From an uncultured Desulfatitalea sp. (GTDB taxonomy: Bacteria; Desulfobacterota; Desulfobacteria; Desulfobacterales; Desulfosarcinaceae), in NCBI GenBank assembly GCA_963668675.2, contig CAXXMB010000002.1, forward strand, positions 160,001 to 224,000: DNA of 64,000 nucleotides, in the 5' to 3' direction. Every line of letters starts with the position of its first letter. Position 1 is the stretch's first letter. A model generated the notes under the pieces. The model made no database searches. It worked only from the letters and a program-made list of their open reading frames with translations, and was not told where the DNA came from. Positions 1 to 9,985 of this stretch are shown here, in pieces. The position numbers and the translations under genes were made by a program.

Positions 1-469
1 TTTCAACTGGGCCGAAAATCTCCAGTTTGGAAATAGAGTTCCCTTATCGCCAGGGAGATTCTTTCATCTTCTTATAGAAGTTACCTGTGAGTCTTTTTGT
101 TTGACTCGAATCCACCTATCTGCCTATAATTCCGGCATATTAAAAATAAAGCGTGCTACGGGTGATTAATTTTAGACGTTCCATGGCTTTCGATCAACGA
201 ACCAACTCTCCAGCGCTCATAAGAAAGGATTGAGGTCCTGGCCCTTGGGTAAGTATGGATTTGCTTTCGCGGATTGGACGAGGACGTGGATGCCCTGACC
301 TATTTAGCTGCGACACTGAAAGAACATATACATATCAAGCCTCCCTTTTACGAATCCCTCCAAAAACCGTCACATTGTATCAATAGCATTCTGGGTTTAC
401 CAGCCCTTCAAACAATCTCTTTTCATATGTTTGGGGTCCCCATGATCATTCGAATAGAAAGGTGCAAAA

Positions 470-1087
470 ATGAAAAATGCGATCTGGATTGGTATTTTCG
501 TTCTGTTTTCACTGACAGTGGGGTGTAGCCATAACGTTCCGCTGCGCCATAGCCTTGAACTCTCAAACCCGCCGAATCCAAAACTGGTCAATAAAGTAGT
601 GCTCGTCATGCCGGGTGATCAGGCCAACCTTGTCATCCGGCATAAACCCGACCCGCTTGCGGATACCTATGTTTTCGCAGGCGGAACGGCCATTAAAGAC
701 ACACTGATGAGTGTGTTGGGGCAGCTCTTTCAAGAAGCCACCTTTGCAGACGCATTAAATGAAGGGCAAAGCCCCTACGACATGGCCATTGAAGTGAACC
801 TTAACAATTATGAAATCATATTGAATATTTATACGGGCAATGTGGTCAACCTCGGCATTGACTACACCGTTTATAATCGAGAGGGGAGTAAAATCAAACT
901 GATCTCCACCAATGCTTCATCAAAAGATCGCTATAGTGGTGGCGATCTGGCCGCGACTTTTCTGGCCGGTGCTTTTTACAATATCGGTAAGATGAAGGCA
1001 TCATCAGGTGCGGCTTGGGACCAGGCGACCACAAACTCAATCGCTGAGCTGGTCGACAACCTGATGATCATAGCAAAAGCCCAATAG
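470..1087 (+). CDS. Hypothetical lipoprotein
   Basis: 205 aa ORF, AAGG RBS, hydrophobic N-terminus ending in lipobox-like LTVGC. Confidence 0.8.
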   Translation: MKNAIWIGIFVLFSLTVGCSHNVPLRHSLELSNPPNPKLVNKVVLVMPGDQANLVIRHKPDPLADTYVFAGGTAIKDTLMSVLGQLFQEATFADALNEGQSPYDMAIEVNLNNYEIILNIYTGNVVNLGIDYTVYNREGSKIKLISTNASSKDRYSGGDLAATFLAGAFYNIGKMKASSGAAWDQATTNSIAELVDNLMIIAKAQ

Positions 1088-1430
1088 CTGCTTGAAGGCC
1101 CAAAGGTCCCCGAGTCAATTCGTCTTAGAGAGATCAGGCCGTTTTACGCCCCACTTCATGCACCTTGGAGGTATATCACAAAGGCGTAAATATCGTTTTC
1201 ATCAAAACCAAAGTTCAGCTCGAAGTAAAAAAGAAAAAATTTTACTCTCAAAAAACGGTAGCTTTTTTCACAGGCATCGCGAAAACACATTAGGGCCTAT
1301 GATCACGAGGGAGCCCCATTTTCCTGCGCAGTGACCCGGTGATAATGATGCTTTTCGAGAACTTGACACGGGAGCCAATGAACTGAGTCGTCCAAAAGTC
1401 CTCTACGGGATATGGCGCCGCCCCTTGCTC

Positions 1431-2381
1431 CTAAGAGTGAGATCTTTTCAGTCCATTACGACCGGCATCGCGCTTGTCCGGAGGCAGCGGTCTGAGATCC
1501 CGTATGATCCTCAATCGGGACATCAACACCAAGAGATAGTAGGTCGGGTCGATCTCCCACCAGTAAAAACCGGCTTTGGCGGTGACGGCAAAATGGTGGT
1601 GGTTGTTGTGCCATCCTTCGCCCAGGGTGATGAGTGCCAGCAGAAAATTGTTACGACTGGTGTCCGGCGTGGCATAACGCCGGCTGCCGAACATGTGGTC
1701 CAAAGAGTTGATAGTGAAGGTGCCGTGTAGTAAAATCGTGGTTGAAACAAAAAAACCCCACACCAAAAGCTGAGGTCCATCGGTACCCAGGCCAGGAGCA
1801 ATCCCTTTCAGCAACTCACCCAACAGGAACAGCGAAATGGCCAATAGAATGGGCACCACGGTGTCGAATCGGTTCAGCCAGCGCAACTCCGGGAACCGGG
1901 CCCACTCCTGCACATACTTCATGCGCGTGGGGAAATTGGCCTGAGACGTCAACCAACCGATATGGCTCCACCAAAAACCGTGGCGGCTTGGCGAATGCGG
2001 ATCCTCCTCTTGGTCCGCGAAACGGTGGTGGTGGCGATGATGTGCCGCCCACCATAAGGGCCCCCGTTGAACGGCGGAATTGCCGGCAACGGCAAACAGA
2101 AACTGCCAGAAGCGATTGGTTCTGAAAGCCTTGTGTGAAAAATAGCGATGATAAAAACCGGTGATGGCAAACATGCGCACCACGTACAGGCCCGCGGCGA
2201 CACCGATTGCAGTCCAGCTCCAGCCCACCCAAAAAACGGCCAGACACGCGACATGCAGTGCTAGGAGTGGAATTATCCGAAGCCAATCCACCTGTTTGGC
2301 GGCCTTTTCAGGCCTGCTGCCGCTGCCGGCTTCGGCATCGAACCATCGCACGATGGCAAGAAGCTTTTTCCTCATATACAT
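1431..2381 (-). CDS. Acyl-CoA/acyl-lipid delta-9-type fatty acid desaturase
   Basis: Three His boxes HRYFSH, HHRHHH, HNNHHH; GEGWHNNHH motif; TM segments. Confidence 0.93.
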   Translation of the reverse strand: MYMRKKLLAIVRWFDAEAGSGSRPEKAAKQVDWLRIIPLLALHVACLAVFWVGWSWTAIGVAAGLYVVRMFAITGFYHRYFSHKAFRTNRFWQFLFAVAGNSAVQRGPLWWAAHHRHHHRFADQEEDPHSPSRHGFWWSHIGWLTSQANFPTRMKYVQEWARFPELRWLNRFDTVVPILLAISLFLLGELLKGIAPGLGTDGPQLLVWGFFVSTTILLHGTFTINSLDHMFGSRRYATPDTSRNNFLLALITLGEGWHNNHHHFAVTAKAGFYWWEIDPTYYLLVLMSRLRIIRDLRPLPPDKRDAGRNGLKRSHS

Positions 2382-2683
2382 GCCTCTTCCGCATGGTATC
2401 CGAATTCAAAAAGACCGATTCCTTGCGGTTTTCGATTAAATCAATCGGTCTGGTCGATGTCAATCCCATCCGCAGCCACCGGCCATGGAACGCCATGCAG
2501 TCAGCCTCACCCTACGCGAAAAATGATAGTATTTACCTCTCACTATCCTCTGCAATTATCGCCGTGGAAAATCTGCTAGGAAGTCGTATATTTATCACTA
2601 AGTTGATCTGGTTATCCTTACCAGAGCAATATAGACAGATACGAGGATCGATCCGATCGGAGCGTATACCCACTGGAGAGAGC

Positions 2684-4129
2684 ATGAACAAAGCGGTTCA
2701 ACATACGTTGACGTTTTATACCAAAATCGCCTATGCAGCGCCGGCGTTTACTTTGGCAATGGTAGGCATTCCCGTATATGTTTACATCCCCAAATTCTAC
2801 ACCGATGTGGTAGGCATCGACATTGCTGTACTGGGGGTGCTCATGTTCACAGTGCGGATCTTCGATGCGTTGACCGATCCCATCCTGGGACACATTTCCG
2901 ATCGGACGACAACACGATTCGGCCGAAGAAGGCCTTACATCGCTATAGGCGCTCTGTTTGTCGCCGCATCCATGTTCGTACTGTTCAATCCGCCTCACAT
3001 CTCAAACGCTTTGGCGACCTTGTGGTTCGGGGCGGGGATTTACGCCCTTTTCCTTTTTTGGACTGCGGTTACCGTCCCGTATGAATCGCTGGGCCCCGAA
3101 TTGACTTTTGATTATGACGAGCGAACGTCACTGTTCGCCATGCGGGATGGCTTTCTGATCGCCGGCACGCTGGTTGCGGCCAGTTCCCCGGCGCTGGTGC
3201 AGTGGATGTTCGACCTGCCGACGGGCGCAGAAGGTCAACGGCGCCAGTTTTTCTTGATCTCTCTCATCTATATGCCTTTGCTGGTGGGATCATGCTGGTG
3301 GTGTGCCAGATCGGTGCGGGAGATCGAGAGGGCAGACAAGCCGGGGCAGCCAAGCGTGCTGCAGGGACTGCGGTATGTCTCTAAAAACAGACCGTTCCTG
3401 ATCTTGCTGTTGTCCTACACGATCAGCGCCATAGGGAGCAACTTACCGGCGACCTTGATTCTCTTCTACGTGACCTATGTGTTGCAGTCCAGCATGGCCG
3501 ATGCATTTTTGCTGCTCTATTTTTTAACCGGTATCCTGTTTCTTCCCGGCTGGGTTTGGCTGGCGCGCGTCATCGGAAAGAAACCGGCCTGGCTGGCGTC
3601 CATGGCGATCAACAGCGGTGCGTTCATGGGGGTTTTCTTCTTGGGGCCGGGGGATGTCGCCCTGTATGGGATCCTGGTCTTCTTTTCGGGTATCGGTTTC
3701 GGGGCGACCTTGGCCCTGCCGTCGGCCATTCAAGCTGACGTGATCGACTACGATGAATTGCTGACCGGCCATCGACGGGAAGGCCAGTATATCGGCCTGT
3801 GGTCGATCGCCAAAAAACTGGCAGCCGCCACAGGGGTGGGGATGGGCTTGACAGTATTGGGGTGGGCCGGTTACACACCCAATGTAGAGCAATCGGATAC
3901 GGTTGTTCTGACCTTGCGCATACTGTACGCCGGGGTTCCATCCATGTTCAGCCTCATCGCTTTTGTCATCGCGTTGGCCTATCCGATTACCGGCGAGGTC
4001 CACCGGCAGATTCGCGCCGCCATCGAACAACAAAAAACGGGCATGCCTGTCCGGGATCCACTCCGCCCGTCAAACGCTATTGGCGCGGCACTGAACGGTG
4101 GCGGCTCCACCAAGAGGAGTAAAGCATGA
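2684..4129 (+). CDS. MFS transporter, GPH (Na+/melibiose symporter-like) family
   Basis: DALTDPILGHISDRT..FGRRRPY motif, about 12 TMs; start moved to ATG 2684 after GGAG RBS. Confidence 0.9.
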   Translation: MNKAVQHTLTFYTKIAYAAPAFTLAMVGIPVYVYIPKFYTDVVGIDIAVLGVLMFTVRIFDALTDPILGHISDRTTTRFGRRRPYIAIGALFVAASMFVLFNPPHISNALATLWFGAGIYALFLFWTAVTVPYESLGPELTFDYDERTSLFAMRDGFLIAGTLVAASSPALVQWMFDLPTGAEGQRRQFFLISLIYMPLLVGSCWWCARSVREIERADKPGQPSVLQGLRYVSKNRPFLILLLSYTISAIGSNLPATLILFYVTYVLQSSMADAFLLLYFLTGILFLPGWVWLARVIGKKPAWLASMAINSGAFMGVFFLGPGDVALYGILVFFSGIGFGATLALPSAIQADVIDYDELLTGHRREGQYIGLWSIAKKLAAATGVGMGLTVLGWAGYTPNVEQSDTVVLTLRILYAGVPSMFSLIAFVIALAYPITGEVHRQIRAAIEQQKTGMPVRDPLRPSNAIGAALNGGGSTKRSKA

Positions 4130-4917
4130 TGGCATCACCCATTACCGTTATTCTGGTCAACCTGTTGGCCGTCACGGCCATGATGATTGTTGGCTGGCTG
4201 GTCAGCCTGCGCCAACGCAATGTAACCATCGTCGATGCCCTGTGGGGCATGGGTTTCGTGATCATCACCTGGATAACAGCAGTGGCAGGTGACGGTTATG
4301 TCGTGCGCGCATGGCTCCTGGCGCTCCTGGTCTCTCTCTGGGGACTGCGGTTGGGCATCTACATGGTATGGCGCTCACATGGCAAAGGCGAAGACCCCCG
4401 CTATGGATCGTGGCGCCGCCAATACGGCGACCGCTTCTGGATTGTCAGCCTGTTCAACGTCTTCCTGGTGCAAGCCCTCTTCCTGTGGGTCATATCCCTT
4501 GCGACGCAATTCGGCCAGATGGCCGACACACCGGCGTCGCTGACCGGGCTCGACCTGATCGGTGCAGTGATCTGGTTGATCGGCTTTCTGTTCGAAACCG
4601 TGGGCGACTGGCAATTGGCGCGATTCAAGGCTGATCCATCCAACAGCGGCAAGGTCATGGATCGTGGTCTGTGGGCCTATACCCGCCACCCCAACTACTT
4701 TGGCGAGGCGTTGATATGGTGGGGCATATGGTTGATAGTTCTGTCGACGCCGAACAGTTGGTGGACCATTGTCAGCCCGCTGCTCATCACCATTACCCTG
4801 CTGAAAATCACCGGCATCGCACTGACCGAAAAAACCATACTGGAAAAAAAGGCCGAATACAGAGATTATATGGATCGAACCAACGCATTTTTGCCATGGT
4901 TCCCCAAAAGGAGATGA
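4126..4917 (+). CDS. DUF1295 / steroid 5-alpha-reductase-like membrane protein
   Basis: GEDPRY, DWQLARFK, GLWAYTRHPNYFGE motifs; ATGA overlap with the upstream gene. Confidence 0.9.
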   Translation: MMASPITVILVNLLAVTAMMIVGWLVSLRQRNVTIVDALWGMGFVIITWITAVAGDGYVVRAWLLALLVSLWGLRLGIYMVWRSHGKGEDPRYGSWRRQYGDRFWIVSLFNVFLVQALFLWVISLATQFGQMADTPASLTGLDLIGAVIWLIGFLFETVGDWQLARFKADPSNSGKVMDRGLWAYTRHPNYFGEALIWWGIWLIVLSTPNSWWTIVSPLLITITLLKITGIALTEKTILEKKAEYRDYMDRTNAFLPWFPKRR

Positions 4918-4918
4918 T

Positions 4919-5980
4919 ATGCTGAAACTCATCGATATGGCCGACCGAGGCCTTTTGCCGGATCAACTGATCCGCCTGGGTATCCGTCTTCTGGACCGCC
5001 GCCGTTTAAAGTTGGAGCGCCAAAGCAATGCAGCTTTGAATGGTCATGCCAAAATCGAATTCGCGCGCACAATGAAAGAGAGCCCCATTGCTGTCCGGAC
5101 CCACGACGCCAACCGCCAGCATTACGAGGTGCCGGCCGCCTTTTTTGAGACAGTGTTGGGGAGACACCTCAAATACAGCGGAAGCTATTGGCCGGAGGAG
5201 TGCACCAGCCTGGACGACGCCGAAGCATTCATGCTGGACTTATACTGCAGCCGGGCGCAATTGGTCGACGGTATGCAGGTTCTGGAACTGGGCTGTGGAT
5301 GGGGTTCGCTTTCCCTCCGAGTGGCAGCCAGGTACCCCCACAGCAAAGTGGTGGCCGTTTCCAATTCAAAATCGCAAAGGGCATATATCGAAGAGAAGTG
5401 CCGCAAAGGGGGCATCAAAAACTTAACCGTGATAACGGCCGATATGAATGCATTTGAGACAGATCTTCGTTTCGACCGGGTCCTGTCCATCGAAATGTTC
5501 GAGCACATGCGCAACTGGGAGCGGCTACTGGAGAAGATCGGAAGCTGGCTGAAGCAGGACGGCAAGTTTTTTCTGCACATCTTCACGCACCGGAAATATT
5601 CCTACCTGTTTGAAACCAGCGGACCGGACGACTGGATGGGGCAGCACTTCTTCTCAGGCGGCATGATGCCCTCCCACGATTTAATCCAATGTTTTGACAA
5701 AGACCTGGTCGTGGAAGAGGAGTGGCAAATCAACGGCAGGCATTATCAGCTAACGGCAGAGGCGTGGCTGCAAAACCTCGACGCCAATCGCGACACGGTC
5801 TTGTCCATCATGAAGGAGGTATACGGCAGCGCCATGGCCCGCGTCTGGCTGCAACGCTGGCGCATCTTCTTCATGGCCTGCGCCGAACTGTGGGGATATC
5901 GCAGCGGCAAAGAGTGGATGATATCCAACTATCTCCTGTGCAAACGCGGGGATCGAGAAACATCCGAGGAGATGTCATGA
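4919..5980 (+). CDS. Cfa-like SAM-dependent methyltransferase
   Basis: ANRQHYEVP, LELGCGWGS SAM motif, SIEMFEHMRN. Confidence 0.9.
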   Translation: MLKLIDMADRGLLPDQLIRLGIRLLDRRRLKLERQSNAALNGHAKIEFARTMKESPIAVRTHDANRQHYEVPAAFFETVLGRHLKYSGSYWPEECTSLDDAEAFMLDLYCSRAQLVDGMQVLELGCGWGSLSLRVAARYPHSKVVAVSNSKSQRAYIEEKCRKGGIKNLTVITADMNAFETDLRFDRVLSIEMFEHMRNWERLLEKIGSWLKQDGKFFLHIFTHRKYSYLFETSGPDDWMGQHFFSGGMMPSHDLIQCFDKDLVVEEEWQINGRHYQLTAEAWLQNLDANRDTVLSIMKEVYGSAMARVWLQRWRIFFMACAELWGYRSGKEWMISNYLLCKRGDRETSEEMS

Positions 5981-6762
5981 AGAGCCATATCTACGAGGGA
6001 ACCGTTCGGCATCGCAGGTTCGCGCCTGTCCGGAATCAGTTTCAATATCGACTGTTTCTGATGTACCTGGACCTGAATGAACTGCCGCAACTTTTCAGGC
6101 CCTATCGCCTGTGGTCTGCCGGCAGGGCCAACCTGGCCTATTTCAGGCGCCGCGATCATCTCGGAGACCCGATGCGGCCGCTCGATCATGCCGTCCGGGA
6201 TCTGGTCGAGGCCCGTATCGACCGGAGGCCGTCCGGCCCGATTCGGCTCCTGACTCACCTGCGCTATTTCGGATTCTGTTTCAATCCGGTCAGCTTCTAC
6301 TACTGCTTCGACGCTGACGACACGCACGTGGAAACCATCGTCGCCGAAATTCACAACACCCCCTGGATGGAGACGTACACCTACGTTCTGGGGGATGCGG
6401 TCAATGAACACACGCATCCCCAATGGCGCAGGTTCAGATTCAGCAAGGATTTTCATGTCTCGCCGTTTATGGACATGGACATCAGATATGACTGGCGCTT
6501 TCGCGTGCCGGGCGAACGTCTCAACGTCCACATGGTCAACTTTCGCAACCATGCAAAAATATTCGACGCCTCGCTGCAACTGACCCGTAAGGAGATCAGT
6601 GCCGGCAATCTGGCGCGCGCATTGACCCTCTATCCGCTGATGACCGCCAAAGTGGCCTTTTTGATCTACTGGCAGGCATTGCGGTTGATGATAAAAAAAG
6701 CGCCCTTTTACGTCCACCCGTCCAAACGGGAGAGCGCACCCGGTCAGGGTACGCCAGCCTGA
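5977..6762 (+). CDS. DUF1365 family protein
   Basis: YEGTVRHRR, FNPVSFYYC, AEIHNTPW, KDFHVSPF motifs; start at ATG 5977 (ATGA overlap). Confidence 0.92.
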   Translation: MKSHIYEGTVRHRRFAPVRNQFQYRLFLMYLDLNELPQLFRPYRLWSAGRANLAYFRRRDHLGDPMRPLDHAVRDLVEARIDRRPSGPIRLLTHLRYFGFCFNPVSFYYCFDADDTHVETIVAEIHNTPWMETYTYVLGDAVNEHTHPQWRRFRFSKDFHVSPFMDMDIRYDWRFRVPGERLNVHMVNFRNHAKIFDASLQLTRKEISAGNLARALTLYPLMTAKVAFLIYWQALRLMIKKAPFYVHPSKRESAPGQGTPA

Positions 6763-6781
6763 ACTGAAAGGAGATTCACTT

Positions 6782-8059
6782 ATGAACGACACCATTATCC
6801 CCCATCGGTTTGCTATAAATCAAGGAAGTGGTTCAGGATGGATCGAAACAGCAGCCCGTCGGATCGTTCTGCACCAACTCGGCCAACTTCGACACGGCCG
6901 GATCACCCTTACGGATGGAAACGACCGATACCGGTTCGGCAAGGCACGGGATGATTTTCCCCTCTCGGCCCATATCACCGTGCACAACCAAAGGTTTTAC
7001 AGAAGAGTACTCACCGGCGCTGATATTGGCGCTGGCGAAGCCTACATGCTCGGTTTTTGGACGGCTGACGATCTGACCGCAGTGATTCAAATCATCCTGC
7101 GCAACCAGATGGTGCTCAACGACATGAACAGTGTCTGGTCGAAGGTGACGGCACCATTGCATAAGTTGAGGCACTTTCTGCGCCGAAACAGCCGTAAAGG
7201 CAGCCGCAGCAATATCATAGCGCACTATGACCTGGGAAACGACTTCTACCGCCTCTTCCTTGATGAGACCATGACTTACTCCAGCGGCATTTTCACCTCT
7301 GCGCATATCACACTCAAAGAGGCCTCCATTGAAAAATACGACCGCATCTGCCGCAAATTGGCGCTCTCTGCCAGTGACCATCTGCTTGAGATCGGAACCG
7401 GTTGGGGCGGTTTGGCCATTCACGCCGCCGGCCGTTACGGCTGCCGGGTCACCACCACGACCATATCAGACGAACAGTACACGGAAGCCCGACGCAGAAT
7501 TTCAGAGGCCGGGCTGGGTGATCGCATCGAGGTTCTGAAAAGAGATTACCGCGACCTGAAAGGACAATACGACAAGTTGGTGTCCATCGAAATGATCGAA
7601 GCCGTCGGCCATCACTACTACCGCACCTTTTTTGAGGCCTGCGGCAAACTATTGAAGCCGGATGGATTGATGGCCATTCAGGCCATTACCATCGGAGACC
7701 ACCTGTTCGAGCAGCACAAGCACAGCGTGGACTTCATCAAGCGCTACATTTTTCCGGGCAGTTGCATCCCATCCATCACGGCCCTTCAGCAGGCCGCAGC
7801 CGCATCTTCCGACTTTCGACTCCTTCACCTGGAAGATATTACCCCCCATTACGCCGAAACCCTGCGCCGGTGGCGTAAACGCTTTTTCGGTCACATCGAG
7901 CAGGTGCGTGCAATGGGATTCCCCGAGGCTTTTTTGCGGATGTGGGATTTTTATCTCTCATACTGCGAGGCCGGATTTGCACAACGCTACATCGGCAATG
8001 CGCAAATGATTTTCGCAAAACCGTTGAATCGCAGAGATCCGATTCTGGGGAATGTATAG
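6782..8059 (+). CDS. cfa: Cyclopropane-fatty-acyl-phospholipid synthase family methyltransferase
   Basis: NIIAHYDLGNDFY, LEIGTGWGG, SIEMIEAVG, FIKRYIFPG, YLSYCEAGF. Confidence 0.92.
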   Translation: MNDTIIPHRFAINQGSGSGWIETAARRIVLHQLGQLRHGRITLTDGNDRYRFGKARDDFPLSAHITVHNQRFYRRVLTGADIGAGEAYMLGFWTADDLTAVIQIILRNQMVLNDMNSVWSKVTAPLHKLRHFLRRNSRKGSRSNIIAHYDLGNDFYRLFLDETMTYSSGIFTSAHITLKEASIEKYDRICRKLALSASDHLLEIGTGWGGLAIHAAGRYGCRVTTTTISDEQYTEARRRISEAGLGDRIEVLKRDYRDLKGQYDKLVSIEMIEAVGHHYYRTFFEACGKLLKPDGLMAIQAITIGDHLFEQHKHSVDFIKRYIFPGSCIPSITALQQAAAASSDFRLLHLEDITPHYAETLRRWRKRFFGHIEQVRAMGFPEAFLRMWDFYLSYCEAGFAQRYIGNAQMIFAKPLNRRDPILGNV

Positions 8060-8082
8060 AAGCCACTGGAGGTGACTGAACC

Positions 8083-8709
8083 ATGAAAAAAATCTGCCAT
8101 AGGTCCCGAATGGCGATTGGACATGGCATCATGCGCGTCGTGCTCGTATCGCTTGGCTTAACAGCCCTTTCAAGCTGCGGCGATAGAGCACCGATGCCCA
8201 CTGTCGGGTCGGTCGATCTGAACCGATTCATGGGACGTTGGTATGTGATCGCACACATCCCTACATTCATGGAGAAAACCGCCCACAATGCGATCGAGAC
8301 CTATCGCCTCAGCGGCGATGGCACGATCGAGACCCGCTTTGCGTTTAACGACGGCGCACCCGACGGTCCCTCAAAAGTCTATACGGCCAAGGGATTCGTC
8401 CAGAACACGAAAACCAACGCCCTTTGGAAAATGCAATTCATATGGCCATTCAAAGCGGAATACCGCATTGTCTATCTATCCGAAGAATACTCACTCACAA
8501 TGATCGGCCGATCCAAACGCGATTACCTCTGGGTCATGGCCCGCCAGCCGGCCATCACCGACAAACAATATCAGCAAATGAATGAATTGGCGAAGGAGCT
8601 GGGATACGATACCCGCCAGATTCGCCGGGTACCCCAAGTCGATGCCGCCGCACAAGGAAAAGAAGCATTGACGCCTGCAAACCCCAAGGACCGATCGATT
8701 AATCCCTAA
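8083..8709 (+). CDS. blc: Bacterial lipocalin (Blc-like lipoprotein)
   Basis: Lipobox LSSC, VDLNRFMGRWYVIA (GxW), YLWVMAR; true start may be a later ATG. Confidence 0.88.
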   Translation: MKKICHRSRMAIGHGIMRVVLVSLGLTALSSCGDRAPMPTVGSVDLNRFMGRWYVIAHIPTFMEKTAHNAIETYRLSGDGTIETRFAFNDGAPDGPSKVYTAKGFVQNTKTNALWKMQFIWPFKAEYRIVYLSEEYSLTMIGRSKRDYLWVMARQPAITDKQYQQMNELAKELGYDTRQIRRVPQVDAAAQGKEALTPANPKDRSINP

Positions 8710-9953
8710 AGCGCTTTCCCAAACTGTCTGGCCACCTCAAGGGCGCTTTTCACACCGTCCTCGTGAAACCCGTAAAACCAGTAGGCACCGCAGTAATGGG
8801 TTCTGTTGCGCCCGTTGATCTCATCGTAGCGCCTTCTTGCGGCCAGGCTTTGGGGGGAATAGACCGGGTGGTGATAGGTGAGTCGTTTGATGATTTTATC
8901 CTGGGCAATGGCATCCGTCATATTGAGGGTGACGCAAATCGCCCGGTCGGACGACAGTCCCTGCAGGATGTTCATGTTGTAGGTCACCGCCACCCGCCCA
9001 CGGGGTTCGACCGGAATATGATAGTTCCATGCCGCCCATGCCGGGCGGTTATCAGGCAGCAGTGTATGATCCGTGTGCAGCACCGTCTCATTTTCCTGAT
9101 AGGCGATCGCGCCGAGTATCTCCTTTTCCGATGGCGAAGGATCACCCAAAAGTTTCAAGGCTTGATCGCTGTGGGTGGCGATGACAACGGCATCGAATGT
9201 CTCCTTTTCCGATCCGGAGGCCTCGACGACCACACGGTCTTCCAAACGGGTCACCTGCTGCACCGGCGCGTTCAACCGGATGTTATCCTTGTAGGGGCGG
9301 ATGAGCGGCTCAATGTAACTTTTGGACCCGCCCTCGATCACCAACCACTGGGGCTGATCCTTTATCTCCAGGAAACCGTGGGAATGGAAGAACTCGGCAA
9401 AGTACCGGGCGGGAAAATTTCGGAATTGATCCGGATCGGCCGACCAGATGGCCGATCCCATGGGAACGATGAAGTAGTCGATGAACCAGCGGGAATATCG
9501 CTTCTCCTCCAAATATTGATTTAACGTCAGTTCATAATACCGGTCGGCTTCGAACAATTCCACCGCTTCCCGCCGAAACCGCATGGCATCCATTATCATG
9601 CGATAAAAGGCCGGCCGCAACAAGTTGCGGCGCTGGGCAACCAGGCCGGCGAAGGTGCTCGGGCTGAACTCGAGACCGGTTCTGGCGCATTTTACACTAA
9701 AGCTCATGTTGGAATCGCGCCAGGAAACGCCCAGGCGCCCCATGAGCGTCACAAATTTGGGATACGTTTTTCGATTGAACACGATAAAGCCGGTATCAAC
9801 CGCGTAGTCCCTCCCATCCAGGGTAATGTCGTGAGTATGGGTGTGGCCGCCGATGTAGTCGTTGGCTTCATACACGGTGACGTCATGATCTTCGCTGAGA
9901 AGATGGGCGGCGGTCATGCCGGAAATTCCACTTCCGATGATGGCAATCCGCAT
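8706..9953 (-). CDS. FAD-dependent oxidoreductase (amine oxidase-like NAD/FAD-binding protein)
   Basis: IAIIGSGISG Rossmann motif, VDTGFIVFN, GFHEDG; this family typically accompanies DUF1365/cfa. Confidence 0.92.
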   Translation of the reverse strand: MRIAIIGSGISGMTAAHLLSEDHDVTVYEANDYIGGHTHTHDITLDGRDYAVDTGFIVFNRKTYPKFVTLMGRLGVSWRDSNMSFSVKCARTGLEFSPSTFAGLVAQRRNLLRPAFYRMIMDAMRFRREAVELFEADRYYELTLNQYLEEKRYSRWFIDYFIVPMGSAIWSADPDQFRNFPARYFAEFFHSHGFLEIKDQPQWLVIEGGSKSYIEPLIRPYKDNIRLNAPVQQVTRLEDRVVVEASGSEKETFDAVVIATHSDQALKLLGDPSPSEKEILGAIAYQENETVLHTDHTLLPDNRPAWAAWNYHIPVEPRGRVAVTYNMNILQGLSSDRAICVTLNMTDAIAQDKIIKRLTYHHPVYSPQSLAARRRYDEINGRNRTHYCGAYWFYGFHEDGVKSALEVARQFGKAL

Positions 9954-9985
9954 ATTGTCGGCCTTTCGATCTAAGTAAATGGCGG

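Noticed and set aside
274..1334. Short ORFs 274-528 and 1092-1334
   Set aside because: TTG starts, no recognisable motifs, one overlaps a real gene; probably spurious
2207..2683. N-terminal 159-aa extension of the MFS ORF
   Set aside because: Overlaps the divergent desaturase; ATG 2684 has a good RBS and family-typical N-terminus
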